NCBI GenBank assembly: GCA_029856125.1 | Contig: JAHQWJ010000153.1 | Coordinates: 1 to 12,301, forward strand | Length of the DNA stretch: 12,301 nucleotides | Origin: Promethearchaeia archaeon | GTDB lineage: Archaea > Asgardarchaeota > Lokiarchaeia > Sigyniarchaeales > SOKP01 | Direction: 5' to 3' | Part shown: positions 7,123-12,301 of the stretch, one piece after another | How positions within the stretch are numbered: the first letter of the stretch is position 1 | Layout: each line of letters begins with the position of its first letter | Translations under genes and position numbers: made by a program | The notes under the pieces: generated by a model | What the model was told of the DNA's origin: nothing | The model's input: the letters and a program-made list of their open reading frames with translations, nothing else | Database searches by the model: none

Positions 7123-7695
7123 TCATTTAATTTTAAGGAAAGGAATCATAAAGAATACTTCGTTTGCATATTCTAAGAATTTATCCCCATATTTAGCTTT
7201 TAAGGCAATTTCTTCGATCTTGCCCAAAATAATATAAGCCAGTACTTCGCCAATCCAGATTAAAAAGAGAATTGTATGGCCGTCAATATTATAAAGTATA
7301 AAATCAAATACGGGAGATGTTTGAAAGGCTACTACTGTCATACCCAGAGTCATGATAATGAAAGCTACATACTGAGGATGTCTAATGTACCTATATGGCC
7401 CCGTTCGCATTAATTGTTTTCTATGTGTCAATTGATAAACTACAGTATAAATAAAAAAGATCAAGCCAAGGATTACAATATAAAACCCATGAGATCGCGT
7501 TAAGAATTGAATGTCATAAATGATAATGCCTGGATTCTGGAAATAGAAGGTTAAATAGGTTACTAAAGGCACACTCATAAAACCGAACCATATAGCAGTG
7601 CAAGGAACATATTGGGCTAGTAGTAGTAGATATGAGGAAAGACCCGTAAAGATCGAAATTATCTTAGTTTTAATCTTAGAATTTCTGGAATTCAT
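7123..7695 (-). CDS. Isoprenylcysteine carboxyl methyltransferase / PEMT-family integral membrane methyltransferase
   Basis: It has multiple TM segments, TGPYRYIRHPQY and the C-terminal IEEIALKAKYGDKFLEYANEVFFMIP. AGGTG lies just upstream of the ATG as a possible RBS. Confidence 0.85.
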   Translation of the reverse strand: MNSRNSKIKTKIISIFTGLSSYLLLLAQYVPCTAIWFGFMSVPLVTYLTFYFQNPGIIIYDIQFLTRSHGFYIVILGLIFFIYTVVYQLTHRKQLMRTGPYRYIRHPQYVAFIIMTLGMTVVAFQTSPVFDFILYNIDGHTILFLIWIGEVLAYIILGKIEEIALKAKYGDKFLEYANEVFFMIPFLKIK

Positions 7696-7793
7696 TCACT
7701 ACACCTTTTTTTATTATTATTTATGTATAGTGAATTGATGTCTCTTTTTAAAAAATGAGGTACAGTTATCTAACAATCGTGAGTTTCTATCTT

Positions 7794-7825
7794 TTCAACA
7801 AAGTTGCATAAAATAAATTGTTGAA
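7794..7825. repeat. Inverted repeat TTCAACAA-N16-TTGTTGAA (possible 3' hairpin or operator)
   Basis: Perfect 8-bp arms lie at 7794-7801 and 7818-7825, immediately downstream of the stop codon of 7830..8636. Confidence 0.4.
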
Positions 7826-7829
7826 GGAT

Positions 7830-8636
7830 TTAATCTAGTTCATCTAATCCTTTGGTTTTTATCGGTGGGCGAGGTGGAGCATGGTAAAATCTTTGCGCAG
7901 GATATCCAAGAACGATTACACCCCAAACTTTACCTTTTACTCCAGCGATTTTTTCTTTAATTTCTTTATTTGAAACTAAAACACCATGAGCTAATCCAAT
8001 CCAGCAGGATCCTAATCCTAAAGATTGAGCACTTAACATTCCACGAGTTAAAGCAATAGTGGCGTTCATGGCGTCACCTGGATTATTTGAATGAATAATT
8101 AATACATGAGGGGCTTGATAAAATATGGCATCAAAACCCATTTCTCTAGCTTTTTTCGCACTTTCACCGTATTTAGCGTTACCTGAAGCAATTAGTACGT
8201 CCATAACCGAATCAGATAATTGCTTAATTGTATTATCATCTGAAATTATTTTACATCTTAAAGTTCGAATATTAGCACCTGTTGGGGCTTGAGTCATAGA
8301 AGCCAAAACTTTTTCCATAACATTTCGAGGAATTTTTTTCTTTTTGTACCTTCTAATCGACCTTTTCGCCGTCATGAAATTATTCAGTGTTTCGTACGAA
8401 ATTAAAGTGCTCGGATCTTGAACTCCTTCAAAAGTCAATACGTCCTCCATATTTTCGTGAAGGATGGCATCCTCTGGACATCTACATCTACAACGATTGC
8501 ATCGACTACATAGATTATCTGGATCGCTGAAAACTATTTTTTTTTGATCTGCGTCAAAACTAAAATAACTTGGGCATTCATTCACACAATTTTTGCAAAG
8601 GTTGCATTTTTCATAATCAATTCCTAAAATAGACAT
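7830..8636 (-). CDS. Nitroreductase-family flavoprotein with an N-terminal 2x[4Fe-4S] ferredoxin domain
   Basis: The ferredoxin motifs are CNLCKNCVNECP and CSRCNRCRCRCP. The nitroreductase motifs are KRSIRRYK, APTGAN, AQSLGLGSCWIG and LGYP. Confidence 0.92.
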   Translation of the reverse strand: MSILGIDYEKCNLCKNCVNECPSYFSFDADQKKIVFSDPDNLCSRCNRCRCRCPEDAILHENMEDVLTFEGVQDPSTLISYETLNNFMTAKRSIRRYKKKKIPRNVMEKVLASMTQAPTGANIRTLRCKIISDDNTIKQLSDSVMDVLIASGNAKYGESAKKAREMGFDAIFYQAPHVLIIHSNNPGDAMNATIALTRGMLSAQSLGLGSCWIGLAHGVLVSNKEIKEKIAGVKGKVWGVIVLGYPAQRFYHAPPRPPIKTKGLDELD

Positions 8637-8840
8637 AGTTTCATACTAAATTCTTATTTAAATTGGTAAAAAGCTAAATCTTTGAGAGTTAATCTACTTT
8701 TTCCTTATTATTTCAAAGGTAACTTCTTCGAATTTATTATGATTTGTTATTTATGTAAAGATTCTTTGAGTTAGAACAAGTTAGAACGGGTTCCCTAAAC
8801 TTTTTAACAATGCAAAATATTAAATAGTGTAGATTTAACT

Positions 8841-9629
8841 ATGGATGAGAAAAACCAAAAAAACAAAACGATGGAGTTAATAAAAAATAGAAGAACGATT
8901 CGTGCTTACAATCCTAAACCTCTTTCTCAAGATGAAATTGATACAATCGTCCAAGGTGCTATGAGAGCACCTACAGCAGGAAATTTAATGATGTATTCAA
9001 TTATTCAAGTAGCCGATAAGAACTTAAAGGAAAAATTAGTAAAAACTTGCGATAATCAACCACATATCGCAAAAGCACCGTTAGTATTATTGTTTTTAGC
9101 TGACATGCAGCGATGGTGGGATTTCTTTAAATTAAGTAAAGTCAAGGAAAAATGTAACGAAATAGGCAAAGAGTTTCAAACACCTCAAGAATCTGACTTA
9201 CTTCTTGCTTGTTGTGATGCATTAATTGCAGCCCAAAATTCTGTAATCGCCGCTGAAGCGTTAGGCATTGGCTCCTGTTATATCGGAGACATTATGGAAA
9301 ACTATGAAATTCACCGTGAGATGTTTAATCTTCCAAAATGGGTATTTCCTATAACTTTATTATGTTATGGGTACCCGAAAGGAGATAAAAATAAAATTCC
9401 CCTCACGACACGCTTTCCTCAAAAATTTATACAATTCACAGACAAATATTCGAGGTTGAGCGAGAAGGATTTTAATGAGATGTTAAAGGATGAACAGAGA
9501 AAGATCGTAGAAAAAGAAGCAGAAAATATGGGGCAACAACTCTATCTTGGTAAGTTAGGGGCAGATTACTCAGTAGAAATGCGTCGCTCTGTTAAAGCTG
9601 CGCTTAAAGAATGGCTTAAAAAAGATTAG
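8841..9629 (+). CDS. NfsA/Frp-like nitroreductase / NAD(P)H-flavin oxidoreductase
   Basis: Motifs seen: RRTIRAY, APTAGNLMMYSII, NQPHIAKAPLVLLFLAD, DALIAAQNSVIAAEALGIGSCYIG and GYP, plus an NfsA-like C-terminal extension. Confidence 0.9.
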   Translation: MDEKNQKNKTMELIKNRRTIRAYNPKPLSQDEIDTIVQGAMRAPTAGNLMMYSIIQVADKNLKEKLVKTCDNQPHIAKAPLVLLFLADMQRWWDFFKLSKVKEKCNEIGKEFQTPQESDLLLACCDALIAAQNSVIAAEALGIGSCYIGDIMENYEIHREMFNLPKWVFPITLLCYGYPKGDKNKIPLTTRFPQKFIQFTDKYSRLSEKDFNEMLKDEQRKIVEKEAENMGQQLYLGKLGADYSVEMRRSVKAALKEWLKKD

Positions 9630-9641
9630 AAAAAAAAAAAA
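9630..9641 (-). terminator. Oligo-T (T12) archaeal-type terminator for the MFS gene
   Basis: An A12 run on the + strand sits in the 30-bp gap between convergent genes. It reads T12 on the - strand, about 19 nt after the MFS stop. Confidence 0.5.
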
Positions 9642-9659
9642 TAAATAAAATTGGTTTAA

Positions 9660-11054
9660 TTATAGACTTATTTCTTTTAGCTTCTCTCTGTTCTCTTTTA
9701 CTTTCTCAGGTGTTAATTTGAAAAATTTCCAGAGAACTATCGTTGAGATGAACATGAAAATCATAGGGAGGAGAGCAAAATGTATTTGAATACCTAATAC
9801 CGCTGTAGGAGTTTGAATGTCGGATGTATCTACGAACCCTGTAATAGTGTGTACTATAGAAAAGCTTAGAGCTTGAGCAACTAAAGATACTCTGCTGACA
9901 AATGTTTGAAATCCTTGATAAATTCCTTCAATTCTCCTACCTGACATAACCACAGATTCATCTATCACAGACGATCTAACTGGAGAGAGCATAACCCAAT
10001 AACCTCCCTCACCCATTCCCCAGATAAACATTGCGATGATCATGAAGATATAATCATTGATAAAGAAAAGCGGTATAGTAACAATGGTTAAGAATGTGGC
10101 AGCAATTACCATTGTCTTTCTGTCGTTATTCGTCTTATTGGCTATCTTACTCCAAATGGGCATCGATATAAACAATCCTATAAGAAGAGCAGCCATTATT
10201 AGCAAAGAATCATCAGCTTTCACGCCTAACACAAATTGTGCTACATATGGGATGGATCCTATCATTGTTGCTACTAAACACATATAAAACATAAAGGAAA
10301 TCACATATGCCATATAGTTCTTGTGTTTTAGGATAGTTTTAAATTCTTTCAAGAATGGCTTTCTTTCCATTCCTTCTTCACAACTCTCTAGGTAACAATC
10401 AATCCTCACTTGATCTTCACGGCTCCCAGGAATAACCGCTACTAGAGCAAGTAAACAGACAATTACAACAACTCCTGCTTGGAGGGTATATGTGCTTCTT
10501 TCCCCAAATACAATAAAAAGACTTGGAATTATCGATCCTGAGGCTAATCCAAGAGCTCCCACTAGAGTACTTAAAGTAGCAGCTAATCTTCGCTCACTAT
10601 CTCCACGAAATTTGTCTGGGAAAATAGAATAATAATTTACTTGAAAGAGCGAAGCAAATGTGTCATATAAACAGGTCATAACTACGAGCCAAATAAATAA
10701 AATGATAGCCCCACTATTTGGATCAACATCTGGAGGAGTAAATAGCAATAAGTAACTTAGTATCCAAGGGATCCCTCCAATTATAACCCATGGAAGTCGC
10801 CTTCCCCATTTTTTTGTAAATTTAAAGGGACGATCCGTTAAAAAACCAATTAAGGGGTCATTCACTGAGTTCCAGATTGCGAAAATAATGAAGCCTATAC
10901 CAGTTAACCAGACATTTAATCCTATTACGGTCTCATAATAAAAAAATACATACGCTCCGAAAGCCATGCCAAAAAATTCGCTTATGTAAGATCCAAAACC
11001 ATAGGAAACCATGTTCTTTTTAGAGTGTTTAATCTCTATCGTTTCTTTTTCCAT
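9660..11054 (-). CDS. MFS transporter, glycoside-pentoside-hexuronide (MelB/MFS_2-like) family
   Basis: It has about 12 hydrophobic segments, with SYGFG, IWNSVNDPLIGFLTDR...WGRRLPW and VIDE...GRRIEGIY. Confidence 0.92.
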   Translation of the reverse strand: MEKETIEIKHSKKNMVSYGFGSYISEFFGMAFGAYVFFYYETVIGLNVWLTGIGFIIFAIWNSVNDPLIGFLTDRPFKFTKKWGRRLPWVIIGGIPWILSYLLLFTPPDVDPNSGAIILFIWLVVMTCLYDTFASLFQVNYYSIFPDKFRGDSERRLAATLSTLVGALGLASGSIIPSLFIVFGERSTYTLQAGVVVIVCLLALVAVIPGSREDQVRIDCYLESCEEGMERKPFLKEFKTILKHKNYMAYVISFMFYMCLVATMIGSIPYVAQFVLGVKADDSLLIMAALLIGLFISMPIWSKIANKTNNDRKTMVIAATFLTIVTIPLFFINDYIFMIIAMFIWGMGEGGYWVMLSPVRSSVIDESVVMSGRRIEGIYQGFQTFVSRVSLVAQALSFSIVHTITGFVDTSDIQTPTAVLGIQIHFALLPMIFMFISTIVLWKFFKLTPEKVKENREKLKEISL

Positions 11055-11235
11055 CTAAATAACCTAATTTAAAATTTGAGTAAAGTTTTTCAAATTAATG
11101 AGATTACGTTTGGATCTAATATAAAGCTATATTTTATGTAGTAGAAGTTCGAAACAAATTTTTGAGAGAACATAGTAAAACGGGCCCTTACTTTAAATAG
11201 CATTTAAATAAAATAAGACCAATGAGGAAGATTTA

Positions 11236-12207
11236 TTACTCTTCTTCAATTTTAAAATTCAGTTTTTCGAAAAGACTGTGAACATTGTCATAAATTCTAA
11301 AGCTGCTATTATCCAAGGCATCATTTACTATTTCCTTAATTTTTTTCTTATTGAGAACTTCTTCTGAGATTAGTTTTTCTACTTTAGTAAAAACCAGTTC
11401 TTTTATCTTGTAATTAAACCTATTTTTTTGCTTTTCTTTTATAGTACCAGATAGTTCAATATGTTCTTTATGGTCCCAAATGTATTGGAGTAAATCGTCT
11501 ACACCTTCACCTTTAATAGCGTTAGTCAATACGACCGGCGGTCTATATCCACTCTGAAATATGGTATCATCGAGCATCATTTCAATTTGGACTGCTATAT
11601 CTTCTCCTCCTAGATCTTTTTTGTTTACATCGTAGATATCTCCAATCTCGATTATACCGGCTTTTTGCATCTGAATGACGTCACCATAACCAGGAACTAA
11701 AATAACTACAACTGTGTAAACTAAATTATAAACATCAAACTCAGCTTGTCCAACTCCCACCGTTTCAATAATGATTATATCGATTCCAAAAGCTTCATAT
11801 AGCATAGTAATGTCGAAAACTGCTCTTGATATCCCACCTTTATAACCTCTTGAAGCAAGGCTACGCATAAAAACGTTAGGATGCAAGGATATATTAGTCA
11901 TCCTAACTCTATCACCTAAGAACGCACCTCCGCTAAAAGGACTCGTTGGATCTACGGATATAATTCCTACAGATTTTCCTTCGTCCAACATTTTTTGAGC
12001 TATGGCACCCGTTAACGTACTTTTTCCCACTCCGGGAGATCCAGTAAACCCAATTATGTAAGATTCGTGTTTTACGCTTTCAAAGTGCTTAAAAACCTCG
12101 TGCGCTCGTTCAGGTTCGTTCTCGATAAGTGTAATTAACCTTGCTAAAGCAATTTTATCCTTTTTTTTAAAATTAGCTATTAAAGTTCCTAAATCATAAC
12201 TCGTCAT
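11236..12207 (-). CDS. meaB: MeaB/ArgK (MMAA-like) G3E GTPase, cobalamin-dependent mutase chaperone
   Basis: Motifs seen: ALARLITLIEN, P-loop GSPGVGKST, VDPTSPFSGGAFLGDRVRM, FMRS, ETVGVGQAE, KAGIIEI and NKKD. Confidence 0.93.
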   Translation of the reverse strand: MTSYDLGTLIANFKKKDKIALARLITLIENEPERAHEVFKHFESVKHESYIIGFTGSPGVGKSTLTGAIAQKMLDEGKSVGIISVDPTSPFSGGAFLGDRVRMTNISLHPNVFMRSLASRGYKGGISRAVFDITMLYEAFGIDIIIIETVGVGQAEFDVYNLVYTVVVILVPGYGDVIQMQKAGIIEIGDIYDVNKKDLGGEDIAVQIEMMLDDTIFQSGYRPPVVLTNAIKGEGVDDLLQYIWDHKEHIELSGTIKEKQKNRFNYKIKELVFTKVEKLISEEVLNKKKIKEIVNDALDNSSFRIYDNVHSLFEKLNFKIEEE

Positions 12208-12301
12208 GAAAAATTGACTTCCTCAGATTCGTAGTTGTATAAATAAATTACTAAGATAGAAAAATGTTTATAAGAAAAAAAAGTATTAGATTTAGTTTTG
12301 A

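Noticed and set aside
7123-7125. TGA stops here and at 1693-1695 as possible selenocysteine codons, since Lokiarchaeia encode selenoproteins
   Set aside because: Both proteins are already complete at these positions by family length, no conserved Cys position is involved, and I saw no convincing SECIS.
10057-10287. 76-aa ORF on the + strand
   Set aside because: It is an antisense shadow of the MFS transporter.
11174-11208. Short inverted repeats (AGTAA..TTACT and TTTAAAT-AGC-ATTTAAA) between meaB and the MFS gene
   Set aside because: The arms are only 5-7 bp and almost entirely A/T, as expected by chance at this base composition.

Overview
This AT-rich window has 12 plausible protein-coding genes and no recognisable RNA genes, CRISPR arrays or mobile elements. 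An archaeal origin, most likely Asgard/Lokiarchaeia, is inferred from a COG2061-type ACT protein beside a short homoserine dehydrogenase, TATA-like promoters, oligo-T terminators and a Loki-CTERM-like ISGY-TM-basic tail. From left to right: (1) a threonine cluster of ACT regulator, hom and a long class II thrC, with a convergent thrH and no thrB; (2) a lone GctB-like CoA-transferase beta subunit that appears to lack the catalytic Glu; (3) a surface beta-helix (NosD/PbH1) protein whose likely signal-peptide start is out of frame across an A8 tract; (4) an ICMT/PEMT-family methyltransferase paired with a membrane-anchored double-wHTH regulator; (5) a divergent pair of nitroreductases, one ferredoxin-fused; (6) a GPH-family MFS transporter; (7) a MeaB/ArgK GTPase. 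The strongest leads are a possible kinase-free ThrH route to threonine, a repurposed CoA-transferase-fold enzyme and a possible homopolymer switch on a surface protein. All family calls come from motif recognition and recalled reference sequences; no searches were run.
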